Source of the DNA: Octopus sinensis
Taxonomy: Eukaryota
NCBI RefSeq assembly: GCF_006345805.1
Contig: NC_043025.1
Coordinates: 14,694,001 to 14,758,000 of the forward strand
Reading direction: 5' to 3'
DNA: 64,000 nt
A model generated the notes under the pieces. The model did not search any database. It was not told where the DNA came from and saw only the letters and a program-made list of their open reading frames with translations. A program made the position numbers and the translations under genes. Positions 37,807 through 51,900 of the stretch are shown here, piece by piece; within the stretch, counting starts at the first letter, position 1, and each line of letters starts with the position of its first letter.

Positions 37807-37807
<1 letters not shown>
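36517..37807 (+). mobile_element. Full-length mariner (DD34D) DNA transposon, inactive
   Basis: ~34-bp TIRs CGAGGGGCGTTCAATAAGTAATGCC.CTGACCCA, TA target duplications, ~1.29 kb. Confidence 0.95.
36684..37734 (+). pseudogene. Mariner transposase pseudogene
   Basis: HTH N-terminus, RWIPR, DKTW, QDNAP, YSPDLAPSDF and RWEKCV motifs. At least two frameshifts and an in-frame TAG. Confidence 0.93.
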
Positions 37808-37844
<37 letters not shown>

Positions 37845-38087
37845 GCAATCCCTGTAGTTTTGGGGTCAGTCTAATGAATTGTGTGGGTTAGGTGTTGATT
37901 GACCCATCGAATGCTTTTGGATACTCAACTGTCCTGATATGTTTTCACATCATTAAATTGTTATGCTAATTATACTCTTATCTAAAGCATGGAGATATGT
38001 ACTGCTATGTATATTTTGAATTATATATATATACATATATATACGCACACACACATATATGTGTGTGTGTGTGCGTGTATTAGTGTT

Positions 38088-38475
38088 ATGTGGAGGCGCA
38101 ATAACCCAGTGGTTAGGGCAGCGGACTCATAGTCATAGAGTCGCAGTTTCGATTCCCAGACCGGGCGTTGTGAGTGTTTATTGAGCGAAAACACCTAAAA
38201 AGCTCCACGAGGCTCCAGCAGGGGATGGTGGTGATCCCTGCTGTACTCTTTCACCACAAATTTCTCTCACTCTTACTTCCTGTTTCTGTTGTACCTGTAT
38301 TTCAAGGGGCCGGCTTTGTCACTCTGTGTCACGCTGAATATCCCCGAGAACTACGTTAAGGGTGCACGTGTCTGTGGAGTGCTCAGCCACTTACACGTTA
38401 ATTTCACGAGCAGGCTGTTCCGTTGATTCGGATCAACCGGAACCCTCATCGTCGTAACCGACGGAGTGCTTCCAT
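38088..38475 (+). mobile_element. SINE family C-related
   Basis: Reverse-complement homolog of 14386-14785. Confidence 0.87.
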
Positions 38476-38937
38476 CCATTAGTGTTATGCTAAGAAGTGG
38501 TGCACAGTATCCAAATTTTCGACTCCAGTCAAATACAACAAACTACTCCGAATTGTCTTTAGAGCATCCTCATAAATGGAGTCTGGACTGACGTTGAGTT
38601 GTATTAGTTGTAATAATGAATGTATTTTGAAATTCTTTAACTGAGGAAGGTTTACGTAATGGATACATTTCCTATTACTACACAAACGTGAAACATGCGT
38701 GTTAAATATATTTAATGATTTCAAAATGTCACTATTTTGTTTGATTTCATTATTGCAACTATGTGTGTGCTTAATAATAAATGCGTAACAAATAGGTAAT
38801 ATGTGTATTACTACACGTGTTTCAGTAGCAATATTTATTAACACGTTGCATCATGCAACTTGGCATGCAATAAGATGCTAGATTATAGAAGATTATCCAA
38901 CAAGCTGGAGCATTTTTACGCAATTTTCGATTTTGTG

Positions 38938-39303
38938 ATGGGAGTAGTGTGGAGAAGTTGTGAATGGACATGAGAATAACTGGTGTAAAATCCTAGAACT
39001 CTGTGACAATATCTTCTGTCTCCACAAATACATTGAAAAATGGAAAAAGTGGTAAAAAGATGCTTCTACTTATTTCTTGACTGTAAAATACAGTTTCCAT
39101 TGCATCTTTTTTGGGCACCTTGCAAATGTCTGTGATTAAATATGACTCAAACATTTTTTTTTTCTTAGATAAGTAGAGGTAATTTTTTCCACTTTTCCTA
39201 ATTTTTTTATGCATTTGTGGAGAGAGACGATAGTGTCACAAAATTCTAAGGTTTTACACCCATTATTTTGATGTTCATTCACAACTTTTTCCCACTATCC
39301 CCT
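38938..39303. mobile_element. Old fold-back element or MITE
   Basis: Diverged ~140-bp inverted arms: GGTGTAAAA/TTTTACACC, TGTGACA/TGTCACA, CTCCACAAAT/ATTTGTGGAG. Confidence 0.7.
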
Positions 39304-40009
39304 TCATGAAACAGAAAATCGGGGAAAAAACACTCCACCCTTTATGTAATGAGGTGTTTTACATAACATTATCACACCTTTAGGTAAAATTCCATCTGAT
39401 GTTAACCAGGTGAGACATAATATTAATAGCATACAGAAAACAGGTATACACATGTTTTGACAAATTACCTCCATAATTATGTAATTGCAATTGAAACATA
39501 AAATCTTGTAAATCACTTCTTCAGTGTTTGTGTGTTTTAGTGTTACGGTTTTACGTCCATTTTATGGTTCTAGCTAGGAGGAATATGATGTCTTAGTACA
39601 GTTTTTTGATGTTTTTGGAATTGAATACAAATGTCCACTAGGACTGAGAAATAGGAAGAGGAAACATACACATTGTTCGCTTTGTGTGTGCGGTAGAGGG
39701 TCGTCACAGTGCAATTGGCTTAGTTAAACAAAGATTTGGTCACACAAGAGCTTTGGTTGTTGTGCATGTGGCTACATGTTTGCTTGTAAACAGATATGCA
39801 TGTATGTATATGCACATATGTGTGTGTGTGTAGGGTTGGAAAGAAACTCTTGTTGCATTACAAGATAGGAAGAAACAAATGCTTCACTAATCTTAATATA
39901 TTCAATCAAGATAATATTGTTGATAATCTCATTTATTTGATGATCCCTAATTCAAAAAATTCTTCAGGTTTCAAAGCAAAGAAGCTCTCAGTATCATTTT
40001 TAATCTCTT

Positions 40010-40260
40010 CACAATTTGTAAACTGTTTTCCACTCTAAAAACATTGGCAAAGAGTCAGATGGAACAAGACCAGAAGATGAAGGAGGATGAGGAGGCAGAA
40101 CTTCCATATTTAGTGCCACAGATCTTTTCCTGAATGACTTGGTCAATAATATGTGGTCTTGCATTGTCACGTAAGAGCCAACAGTTGACCAGTGATGGGT
40201 CCATTTTTCTGCAATGCTTCCAATTATTGACATTACTTCCCTGCTTTAACTGTTTCTTTC
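40010..40260 (-). pseudogene. Degraded mariner transposase fragment
   Basis: EVLPPHPPSSSGLVPSD resembles the mariner motif LPHPPYSPDLAPSD. Confidence 0.55.
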
Positions 40261-40749
40261 TGGTTTAACCCTTCATGATAGACGACACCCAGAACCCTAA
40301 CCTCACTCAACCCAGAGCAGAACATTTCTCAGGGTCAGTCCTGCTTTGCAGATGGATTCTCAGTTGGCATCGGATGCTGTTCATTCTTGTTATTGTTGGC
40401 TATGACTCTAGAGACCCTTCTTTTCTTTGCTTGTGTTGATTCTAGCCAGAAAGGGTTGGTCACAAGCCTACCCTTTTATGAAGAGCAGCCAGCAACCCTT
40501 TGATTAAGCTGAGATTAAGCAGATGAGGGACCCACTGACCCAAGTTTAGTCCCATTTACCAATTGATGAAAGGTTTTTTAAAACTGAAGAATGACTTGAA
40601 TTGAACTTCTTTTGCTAATTCTTGTGCGGTTTACTTTGGCCTTTCCTCAGCTACGGTTTGCAGAAGTTCAATATTGACAGAAAGGGGTTTAGCTAGATCA
40701 GGGGAAGTCTGCAAGAGAAAAATTTTCCAAATGAAACTGGTCACACCAT

Positions 40750-41165
40750 TCATCATCATCATCGTTTAACGTCCGCTTTCCATGCTAGCATGGGTTGGAC
40801 GATTTTGACTGAGGGCTGGTGAGCCAGATGGCTGCACCAGGCTCCAATCTTGATCTGGCAGAGTTTCTACAGCTGGATGCCCTTCCTAATGCCAACCACT
40901 CCCAGAGTGTAGTGGGTGCTTTTTATGTGCCACCAGCACGGGGGCCAGTCAGGCAGTACTGGCAATGACCTCACTCGTATCTTTTTACGCGTGCCACCGG
41001 CACAGGTGCCAGTAAGGCGACGCTGGTAACGATCACGTTCGAATGGTGCCCTTTTACGTGCCACAGGTACGGAAGCCAGTTGGCTGCTCTGGCAATGATC
41101 ACGCTCGGATGGTGTTCTTGGCACCCTGCTAGCACGAATGCCAGTCATCGAATTGATTTTGATTT
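40750..41165 (-). mobile_element. SINE/LINE-tail family E with a (TGA)n tail
   Basis: CATCATCATCGTTTAACGTCCG...CCATGCTAGCATGGGTTGGAC is shared with 49390-49697, 58574-58895 and 62197-62420. Confidence 0.8.
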
Positions 41166-41323
41166 GGATTGACAAATTCAGACTCTTAAAACTTTGTTGC
41201 CATTTGAACGAATAATTCTTTCCACTTTCATTGCTGGAGATCTTCCTTTGAATTCAAGCAGCGTCCGATGTGGGTTTAACCTAAACTCATATTAAAAGGC
41301 TAAAGAAATGAATACAAATTTAA

Positions 41324-41544
41324 CCCTTTTGATACTAACCCGGCTGAAACCACCTCTGGCTCCTTAGTACAAATGTCTTGTTTTCATAAGTTTTGAATTA
41401 AAATCTTCCACCAAACCTTTGTCACAATTTATGTTCCTAGCACTAGCTTAATGATAACGATGTTATTTTACTAAATTCTTTGTTATATTTAAAATAATTT
41501 GAAGAAACACAGAGCATCTCAACAGAAATACAGTAATGAAAGGG
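41324..41544. mobile_element. piggyBac-type MITE
   Basis: TTAA|CCCTTT...AAAGGG|TTAA termini with a TTAA target duplication. Confidence 0.75.
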
Positions 41545-41803
41545 TTAACCACTATGGTCTCATATAATCTACAAAGAACATTAGGAGGTAAAAATCAATT
41601 CTTTTTTACCCTAAGTAATGAAAAATTAACCACAAAATGCAACAGGACTTGATTTCCAAACCTTAATATTTCTGTGTCTGTGTAAAGTCATGCATTTTGG
41701 ATGTAGATTTGTTTAGATAATGTTTTTATCTCATTCCATTATTATACTAATTAGGTTTCTTCTCTTGCACTGAATTCTCTGATGTTATGCATGGGGGCAC
41801 ACA

Positions 41804-41840
<37 letters not shown>

Positions 41841-41845
<5 letters not shown>

Positions 41846-42030
41846 GATGTCATAACAGTTTATAAAGTTTTTGAGGGAATGTGAAATAATCGTCTTTTGG
41901 AATACTGGATCTTGAAGCGCAAAAGCTATAAATATTTATAACTTTATGTGCTTTGAGATCCACTGTTCCAAAAACCCCCCAATTATTCCATGTTCTCTCA
42001 AAAGTTTATAAAATTCCTATGATATCAACA
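41841..42030. repeat. Diverged fold-back hairpin
   Basis: TGTTGATGTCATA/TATGATATCAACA, TTTTGGAA/TTCCAAAA and TGGATCT/AGATCCA are symmetric about TATAAATATTTATA. Confidence 0.75.
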
Positions 42031-45000
42031 GCATACAGTGTTCACTGCTAAGAATAAACTTACTAAAATGGATGAAGAAATTCACTGGATTGCTTTGGTC
42101 CAATGGTAGAACATCTGTCATGTTCATAGGAGATGTGGGTTCAAGTCTCGTTGGCAACTTTTGACTTTTTCCATCCCCCACCCGCCAAATTTTTCAACTC
42201 AATATTTACATGCTATTGTTTATCTGCTTTGAGGTCCATTGCTCCAAAAAAAAAAAACAACAAAAAAAACCCCCAGAAATTATATTTGATTTCATTTATA
42301 TATATATGTGTGTGTGTATATACACAAACATACATATGTATGTATGTATGTATATAAGTATATATATAATAAAAGAATATGAATAGATGGTTAATTTTAT
42401 GCTATGCATGTTTCCGTAGCATGACCAGTTATTGCATAATATTACATTATTACATAACCACACAATTTCATCAGGCAACATTGAACATTTTACAGGTAAA
42501 ATCAATCTGTGAAAAAATATATATGCATGGCTTTATGTGTATGTAATTTTGTAATTTTCAGGACTTTATTATTATTATTATTATTATTATTATCATTATT
42601 TGTTTAAATTGATGTTTATGTTATGATTGATATTATTTTTGTGTTTATCAATAAATTAACAGTTTCATCATATACAATCCTACACACACACATATATATG
42701 TGTATGTGAGAATATATTGTTCAAATATGTAATTTATGAGTGCATGTATGTGTATATTATCTATATATATACACACACACATATAATATATAATAAAAAG
42801 AGTACAGAGAATTTACTATGGGGAGAGGAGAATCTGACATGTCCTTCTTTAGAGGAAAAATTGAAAGGTGAGAAATTAATGAAAGACTGCAGAGTTTTAC
42901 ATTCCTGCAAGTTAAAATAACTTGCAACCAGTTTTATTTTTTAACTTCGAGGATATCTGACCCTTTAGAGGATATCTGACCCTTTTAGCATTCAGCTTAT
43001 TCTGTCAAAGGTAACACTTACTCATTTGCACTGTTTTGGATAAGTCATGCATTATCTCGTGGCTTTCAGGTTTGACTGATATAATTATTTATTTTTACAG
43101 TAGGTGTGAGGGGCCAGATCTGGTTGATTTGAACATGAAACCAGAAGAATGTTTGGACAAGAATATTTGGCTGGTTCAAAGGCTGAGGGAATAATTCTGT
43201 TGTCTCTCATTAATTTCTCACTTTTCAAATTTGTCCCTGATGAAGGACTGAATCTGAAACAGACCTTTTCCACTCCTCACAGCAAGTGTTCACTGTAGCC
43301 ATTGCATTGATTTTGTTATACATAAATACATGTGTGTGTGTGTATGTATATATATATGTGTCTGTGTGTGTGCTTGTGTGTATGTATGTATGTTAGACAG
43401 TTGCTGTGTTTTGTGCACTTCTAATATTTTCCCCCCCTATCTAACCTGCAGGTATTGAAGAAGACACAGATGAGGAGACTATTCCACCCGAAGTTCTCTA
43501 ACATTACCAACCAACCAACCAACCAACTCCTTCTTTGCTGAAACTTCTGCCTATCCGCTGATCATCCGCTGCGTTTTTTTTTTTTCCCACCTCTCCGCTG
43601 ATTATCCGCTGTTGATTCTCCCTTCTACTAATCAACTTTGTATCTCAGGCCCACCCCATTCCCATGGTATTCCTCTGCTCTTCCTGTCCTTTGAACCCAT
43701 TTTCTGCTGCTATTAACCTGTCTGTGTCTGTGTGTCTTGGGGATCAAATTTTCTTTTAGGCATTTTGTTTTAAAGATGCAGCCCAGCTTTATTTTTAATG
43801 GGGTTTTTCTATTTTTATTTGAGTCTATTACACATGTTCATATATGTGTGTGTGACCCTTACACATATTTGGAACACTAAAGTCCTTAAACCTATCAAAA
43901 TGATCAATGTTTCTAGACTTTCCCAGTGTCATCATCAGGAAGTTGAGGATTACTGGTGTAGGTAGCTGTTTCATTGCTTTGGTAGACAGATGTCATTTCT
44001 GTAGACTGTATCACCAGTCAGGTGCAGGCATGGCTCTGTGGTAAGAAGATTGTTTTTTGACCACATGGTTCTGGGTTTAGTCCCACTGCAAAGCACCTTG
44101 AGCAAGTATCTTCTACTATAACTTCAGGCCAATCAAAGCCTTGGCTAGATTTTGTAGACAGAAACTGTGTGGAAGCGTAGTCCATCATATATATGTATAT
44201 ATATATATATATATATATAGGTACTACTGGCACAACTCTGAAGTTAAGGAGCTTACTTGACGACCAGTGTTGGGTTGTGCTTGCCCCCTAAACTTAGTGG
44301 TTTGATAAAAGAGACTCATAGAATAAGTACCAGAATTTATAAAAAAAAAAAAGGTATCGAGATCAGTTTTTGCAACTAAAATCCTAGATGGTGCTCCAGC
44401 TTGGCCACAGTCACATAACTGAAACAAGTACAATATGAAAAGTGATAAAGTAATTATTCTTTTATGTCCTGATGATGGTACTGAGGAAGTCTAGAAATGT
44501 CTTTCAAAATGGTGGCATTAAGAACTTATATAAAAATATGAAAAATAACACTTTACAGTGCGTGTGTGTGTGTGTGTTCGTTTGTTTTATATTTAAGTTA
44601 TTGAATTGTGGCCATGTTGGGGCACCATCTTTAGGCATCTTAAGATAATTGGCGCAGGTGTAGCTGTCTGGTAGGAAGCTTGCTTCCCAACCAAATGGTT
44701 CTGGGTTCTGTTCCATTGCATGGCACCTTGTTCTACTATCACCTCAGGCTGACCAAAATCTTGACAGTGGATTTGGCACATGGAAACTGAAAGAAGCCCA
44801 TCGTCTGTATTTATATATGTGTGTGTGTGTTTCTTTGTGTTTGTTCCCCACCGCTGCTTGACAACCGGTGTTGGTGTGTTTACATCCCTGTAACATAGCA
44901 GTTCAGCAGAAGGAACTGATAGGATATGTACCAGGCTTTGAAAAGTTAGTTAGTTAGTTAATTTTTTGGCTCAAAAAGCAAAAAGCAAGGCCATGTAGGG

Positions 45001-45894
45001 GGACATGGAGTTATGTACAGGGTGGTGTTCATGTAAAGAGTTCAGGCCACTTGTGGTCAAGGGAGACTTTGAACCGAGCGGTCATCGGCATCTTCAAAGG
45101 TACTGGGATCAATTCTTTCAACTAAAGCTTCTTCCAGGCAGTGCCCCAGTATGGCCGTAGTCTGTTGACTAAAACCTTATTGCTGTGTCGGTCTTGTTTC
45201 GTTGGCCAATGGCTACCAAATGACCAACACCTACTTTATGGTACAATTGGCGGATTTTCTGGTTGTTTTCGTCGTTGTTTTTAACTGGCTGTGAAACAGA
45301 TAGAAACAGGGCCAAACAGACATGTGTGTACGCCTGTATTGTGTGCATGCCACTATCTGCCGATCTGTATGTGTATGTATATACCTGTATTTATATGTGT
45401 GTGTGTGTGAATATATGCTGTATATATATATATATATGTATACAGATATATATACAGGTATGTATATGTGTATATATGTGTATATGCATGTACATATATG
45501 TATCTATATATATTTCAAAATAGAAAATTACCATATAACAGGTAATTTTTACATGCTAGAAATAGCAGCCGTCGTTTGTAATTTTCTATTTTGAAATATG
45601 AATATGTTGTCTATTGACTATTTATACATGCTAGGCCACGGGTGGTGATATTTATAACGAATATTCGCCACCCTATATATATATATGTATATAAATGCGT
45701 GATAAATTAAAAGGGAAAAACCTAAGTAAATCCGAGCATTTAGAATAATGTACTCAAAATTAAGTCCAAGAGTGAATAAAGACTATTTCATGCATAATTC
45801 TTAGTCTAATCATGATCAGTAGGGACCGCAAGAAATCGATAATGGTGACGAGGTGCCCACATGGCCCCACAGGGCTAAGCTCACAAAATATATC

Positions 45895-46255
45895 ATCATT
45901 CATCATTGTTTGACCGTGGTCGAGACAATGGAATTTACTATGCTACGCCAGACTTCACGGTCCATCATGGCATTACGGAGGTCCTGTTGCTGGATGCCTG
46001 TATCCGTGGAGATTACATCAGGGTAGGAGAGTGTGTGCCCTCTGGTATTGTGAGCAGATGACTTCCAGAAGAGAAAAGTAGAAATTACCTCGTTTTCAGC
46101 TCTACAACAATGTCCAGCAAACTGGACTCTCCTACCTTTCACAAGAGACGATACAGGTGGTAGTTTCCCATATATTTGTACTTTGGTTGGATGATGCTTC
46201 CACGAGAGATTTTGAGCTCTCGTAAGGAGGCAAGTGTAGGTTCCATCCAACTGCC
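45895..46255 (-). mobile_element. RTE-group LINE 3' end
   Basis: RRVQFAGHCCR...MMDREVWRSIV then a stop and a (TGA)n tail, typical of the RTE/RTE-X ORF C-terminus. Confidence 0.8.
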
Positions 46256-47132
46256 TAAATATGGTACGAAATATGCTCTACTAAGGCTCTGCCTTGAAGG
46301 GTTTTACACAAAATATAAATCAACCCCTGTACTTATATTTCAATGGAATAACGAGTTTGGGTTATATAAAAAAAAAGGACCTCTTGGTCATGAATGACCA
46401 TGGGATTGCACCTAGAAAGCTCCCTTCTGGGCAAGTTTGTTTATGCCAGCCACCCCCTCTCCATGCCACCAATGTTATCCCAAGGGAAAGGCAAAGGGGC
46501 CAATACAGCCCCAGTGACGTGAAAACTCATTTCTACAGCTGAGTGAACTGGAACAATGTGAAATAAAGAGTCTTGCTCAAGAACATAACACACAGCCTGG
46601 TCTGGGAATCGAACTCACTACCTCATGGTTGTGAGCCTGGTGCTCTAACCATGATATCTCATGGTAACTACTGCACTTTAGTTTGTTTTAACAGAAAATT
46701 CATGTCTAAGTGGGGATATATGTGAGTTTATATATATATATATGCACAGGAGTGGCTATGTGGTAAGAAGCTTGCTTCCCAACCACATGGTTCCAGGTTC
46801 AGTCCCACTGCATGGCACCTTCAGCAAATGTCTTCTACTATAGCTCTACGCCGACCAAAGCCTTGTGGAGTGGATTTGGTAGACGGAAACTGAAAGAAGC
46901 CCATCATGTATATATATATGTGTGTGTGTGTTTGTCCACCCCCACCATCACTTCACAACTGATGCTGATGTGTTAATGTCCCTGTAACTTAGCGGTTTGG
47001 CAAAATAGACCGATAAAATAAGTACTAGGCTTACAAGGAATAAGTCCAGGGGTCAATTTATTCAACTAAAGGCAGTGCTCCAGCATGGCCACAGTCAAAT
47101 GACTGAAACAAGTGAAAGAATATATATTTATA

Positions 47133-47426
47133 CTAGCAGTATCGCCCAGCGTTGCTCGGGTTTGTAACGGAAATTACTATATAAGCATTTTTAGAGAGTT
47201 ACTTCCCTTATAGAAACCAAGCAAAAAATGCGAAAAAATGATGGTAAATTTTTTTTTAAATCGTAGACTCATCGTAGACACGCGCTAATACCCAGAAGGG
47301 CTCGATATGAATCACGACTATAAGATACCCACTTTTGGTTAAACTGCTCCGCAAAATGTGGGAGTAGTTAGGAATCTAAATCGGAGGAGACAGACTCTCA
47401 CACAACTTCAGTTTTATATATAAAGA
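47133..47426 (-). mobile_element. Non-autonomous Helitron, subfamily 1
   Basis: Homolog of 23750-24044, with TC and CTAG ends at an AT site. Confidence 0.85.
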
Positions 47427-47716
47427 TATATATATGTCAAATGGAAGATGGAATATATGAGAATTTATTATTGATCCCTACAATTTTTTCAACTCGTCTG
47501 GCATTGATTCTTCTTGGGTGCGACACTCAACATCTGTTTCAGGAGCATCCGGCAGTGCACATCATCATCATTTACTGTCTGTTGTCCATGGGTTGGAATA
47601 ATATATAGTGTGTTTTGCACCAAAGGCCAATGAGAATTTTGCTGATGGTAACTATTTTAGTCTAGCTGGTTGTAACAGAAAATCCCTATTTAAGTGGGGA
47701 TAAATATAGACATATA

Positions 47717-48109
47717 CTAGCAGTATCACCCAGCATTGCTCGGGTTTGTTTCGACCCTTTACAATTGGAAATTTTGAAAAGTAAAAAATTTGCATTATGT
47801 AGCTTGTTATTCTCTTGAAGTGAACATTTTTCTGGTTGAAATACACCGAAAAATGGCAACACAGCAGTCAAAAAATCGTTAAAAAATAGGGATTTTCATA
47901 GAAAAAAAGCACTATTTTGATGTAAATAATTTTTTATGTTAACCTGGTCCGATTTGAATTTTATCTTCTACAGAAGGAGTAGCAAGCCTTCTTCTATCAT
48001 ACTCTCGATTTTGGTCAACTTGTGCTGCAGGGTCTCGTAGGAGATAGTGTTAGTTGAAGGCTACCAAACCTGCCACACACAGACAACTTCAGCTTTATAT
48101 AGAGAGAGA
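47717..48109 (-). mobile_element. Non-autonomous Helitron, subfamily 2
   Basis: Homolog of 19408-19801, with TC and CTAG ends. Confidence 0.82.
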
Positions 48110-49710
48110 TATCACTTCTGAGTTACCTCTATAAATTTTCAATAGGGTTTAGAGCCAAAACTGAAAGTTACAATGTGCTGGTTCTAATTTCTATGGGAAA
48201 TCTGTTAAGGTAAATTTAAAAGGGATCCAGTTTCACTTCTAACACAAAAAAATAGGACACACTATTGACTTACAAGCGTTTATTATACTTAGTAGAATGC
48301 GTAGCTGTATTTCGTCTGCCGTTAAGTGTTCTGGGTTCAAATTCCGCCGAGGTCGACTTTGCCTTTCATCCTTTCGGGATCGGTAAATAAAGTACCAGTT
48401 ACGCACTGGGGTCGATATAATCGACTTATTCCTTTTGTCTGTCCTTGTTTGTCCCCTCTATGTTTAGCCCCTTGTGGGTAGTAAAGAAATATATACTTAG
48501 TAGAATGTTAAGCTAGGGATGAGTGAGGGAAGACGGATGGGAGAGAAATGCAGGGATGTGTGTTTTTAGGAAAGAAACCGCTTTGCCTATTACAGGGTCT
48601 TGGGTTCTATCACTCCTCGCAACATCTTGGGCCAATTAATGCTTTCTGAGGTGTTTGGTAACAGTCTGTGGGTACATGTATGTATGCGTATGTATATACA
48701 GATACCCACAGTTTGCTTCTCTCGTTCCCTCTTTCCTCATCCCCCATCCTCCCTCTCTCTTTCCCCCTCTTCCTCTTCCTCCTCCTCATATCAGGTTTAC
48801 TATTTCCATTTGTAAATATTTGTGTTTATCTGTATATTATTGATATAATAGGTCAATGGATAGATAGGTATGGGTGTATACGGTCACCGGCAAGGCTGTG
48901 TGGATACCTATTTTGCTTTCTCACCAGGTGGTTGCAAATTCAATCTCCCTGCTTGCCACCTTGGCCAAGTGTCCCCTATTCTAGATTCTGTTGGACAAAA
49001 GCCTTGTGAGTGGAACAGGAGGGCTGAAGCTGCATGTAGGCCATCATGTATGTGTATGTCTATATAGGTATACATACAGACATCAGACATATATATATAT
49101 ATTTATATGTAGGCCATCATGTATGTGTATATAGGTATACATATATATCCAGGTCTTCTCACGCACAGCATACTTCCAAAGGTCTCGGTCTCCAGTCATC
49201 TCACTGAGGAAATGACTAGAGACCAAGACCTTTGGAAGTATGCTGTGCGTGAGAAGACCCGGCAGGACAAGTGAGACCATAACCCGTGGTCTCTACATGG
49301 GATGTAGCCAGTCCACTTATGCATACCTTTCCTTCTTGGGACACAAAACTCTACTTGTGAAGGCAAGTGAAAATCAAAATCGAAATTGATCAACATCAAT
49401 GGAAATTGCAGCTGTGATACCAGTGCCGGTAGCATGTAAGAGAACCATCCGAACGTGGCCATTGCCAGCGCCGCCCTGATCGTGGCCATTTGCCAGCCTT
49501 GTATGGCACCTGTGCCGGTGGCACGTAAAAAGTACCCACTACACTCACGGAGTGGTTGGTGTTAGGAAGGGCATCCAGCCGTAGAAACTTTGCCAGGTCA
49601 GACTGGGCCTGGTGCAGCCTTCTGGTTTCCCAGACCTCAGTTGAACCGTCCAACCCATGCTAGCATGGAAAGCGGATGCTAAACGATGATGATGATATGT
49701 GTACAGAGGT

Positions 49711-49745
<35 letters not shown>

Positions 49746-49748
<3 letters not shown>

Positions 49749-50973
49749 GGTCTTGCAGATAAATTGAGACAATTTTTACGATGCATAAAACTGGTTCTAC
49801 TAAAATAACGGTGGTAGACTGACATAATTTTAATGTAATATTTATTACAACAAAATCGGTTTTCACTCAATTTGGCTGCCTTTTTCTGCCTCCACAGAAG
49901 GACGAAGGTTTTCTGCAGCTGTTGCAACCTCCACCTCTTTTGAATTTGCATGTTGCACGCATGATGCAGGTCTTCAGACTGTTGACACTTTTTGTGTGGT
50001 GAAGCATTGGTCCTTCCTTGAAGTCCGCCCCATAAAATGTAATCAAGAAGGTTGAGATCTGGGCTATTACAGGGCCGGATATTGGCCCTCATAAAAAATG
50101 GTACTTACTCACCAAGGAAAGCCTCTATTGCTTTTGACCCACAACATGGGGCAGAACCCTGGATAAGCACCACATGGTCAAGCCCAAACTTCTGCTCCAT
50201 CCAGAGCGTTCTTCAGGATGCCCAGATACTGCTTTGTGCTAATCTTCAATCCAGACTCAATGAAGTGTGACTCCATGACATTTCCATCACTTGCCATGGC
50301 TCCAAATACCATCACAGAGGAAGGATTCTTAGTCTCAAACACAGTGGGGGTGGGGGTCAGAATGGTTGTATGTAATCAATTTGAGAATTTCTGTGATTCA
50401 CCTCAGCGTCCACAGTGGACATCTCGTCCACAAACACAAGAGTTTTTCCTACACTTTGATGCTTAATGAATGACAGAAGCTTTGAGCATCTCTCAACTCT
50501 GATTGCTTTGGCCTTGGTTGTTAGGAGGTGACAGCATGGTCAGACATAGCTAGTCGTGCCACAGTTCCTGTTCACAGCTCAGGGCACCGAGGAAAGGGAA
50601 ACAATGCGTTTCTTTGCAAGAGTTGTCATCAATGTGGATGGGTTGGCTTCAGACGAGTGTTTGAGGCCAGTGAGAAACTTTGGATTGCGCTTGGAATCAC
50701 TCTGAGTCTGGTGTTCTTTTCTATCAATCTTTCCCTCTTCTTCAAATTGTTTATACACACAACAAACCATTGTTTTTGGAAGTTTTGTCAACAATTTCAT
50801 TGGCAGTTTGCCCCGTTTTCACCAAAACAACAATGGTGGAACAATTCCGTTGTTTCTTGACTTTGCCATTTATCTGAAAAACAAAGAGGCAGATTAGATT
50901 TTCAAACGTTTTCTCAAGAAATGAAATGTTAAACCCACTGAGACAACTGCTTGAAATTGGTCTCAAGACCCTG
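49746..50973 (-). mobile_element. Degraded Tc1/mariner transposon, maT (DD37D)-like
   Basis: Residual TIR CAGGGTCTTG/CAAGACCCTG; peptides KNPSSVMVFGAMASDG and NSPDLNLLDYILWG; many stops and frameshifts. Confidence 0.8.
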
Positions 50974-51059
50974 GACACTTACATATAGAGTATAATAGGT
51001 CTTTGAGGAGAAATTTGGTAATTTAATGAAAGAAATCGAATCTCACAAAATCAAAATTT

Positions 51060-51900
51060 ATTTTAATTAAAATGTATTCACAGGCTCTTGATAAGCTTTC
51101 TTACCAGAATATTCTTTGATCCTGCTTCCATGCAGGACTAGAATCCTTTATATTCCTGCACGAAATGGTTCTTATTCACTTCTGTCCTCAGCTGGACCAT
51201 CAGTGAAACTAGGGTCTCCCTTCCAACGACATTCCAAACATTTAAATTTGGTGAGTTTGGAGGCTACAAGTCTGGTGATCCTGAAGATTGTCTGGCATCC
51301 ATTCTTGGGTTTTGTGGGCTTTGAGAGAAGGTGCTGAGTCTTGTCGAGAAACATATGGCCCTCTACCCTGTACTTCCAGCCATCCGAGCCTTAACAACTG
51401 TTCCTTGCACCTCAATGAATCCAGCAGCATTAATTCCAAGACCCTGTAGAAAGATGTGAGGTGGCATGGCATGACCTTCACTCCTCACCAGTCCTAAAAC
51501 CATCTCAGTTGCTGGAAACTTGGTCTGCATCACTCTGGGGACATAACAAGGATCTGCATAGAAACCCCATCGGTCATTTCTCCTTTTTTTGGTCTTGGTT
51601 GTGGTATTTCTTTTCATTCGGAAAGAATCACAGCTTGCCGTATTCATGAGGGTTTTTAACCTTGTTAAGTAACTGCTTGACACAGATCAAGGGGTTTTGC
51701 AGGCATGGATTGGCCCCTCCTCAGCACATACAACCCCTGTACCAAATCTCCTTGTCTACCACTTCCCTTTTTGGTCGAGGCTTACTTGTTGGCAATGACC
51801 TGAATATAATTCTGGTCCTTGTGTACCACAGTTCATGTAGTCCACTCCAACACCTGAAGTTCATGGGTGATGGCCCTCTTTGATTTTTTTTTGGTGGGGG
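51060..51900 (-). pseudogene. Second degraded maT-like transposase
   Basis: TKFPATEMVLGLVRSEGHAMPPHIF and QDSAPSLKAHKTQEW occur in shifting frames. Confidence 0.75.

Noticed and set aside
38485-38844. 119-aa minus-strand ORF in unique AT-rich DNA
   Set aside because: No recognisable domain, ATG start or clear splice signals.
42090-42157. tRNA-like sequence with A/B-box remnants
   Set aside because: The acceptor and anticodon arms do not fold properly; at most a decayed SINE head or pseudogene. The tRNA-like heads of the SINEs were also not called as tRNAs.
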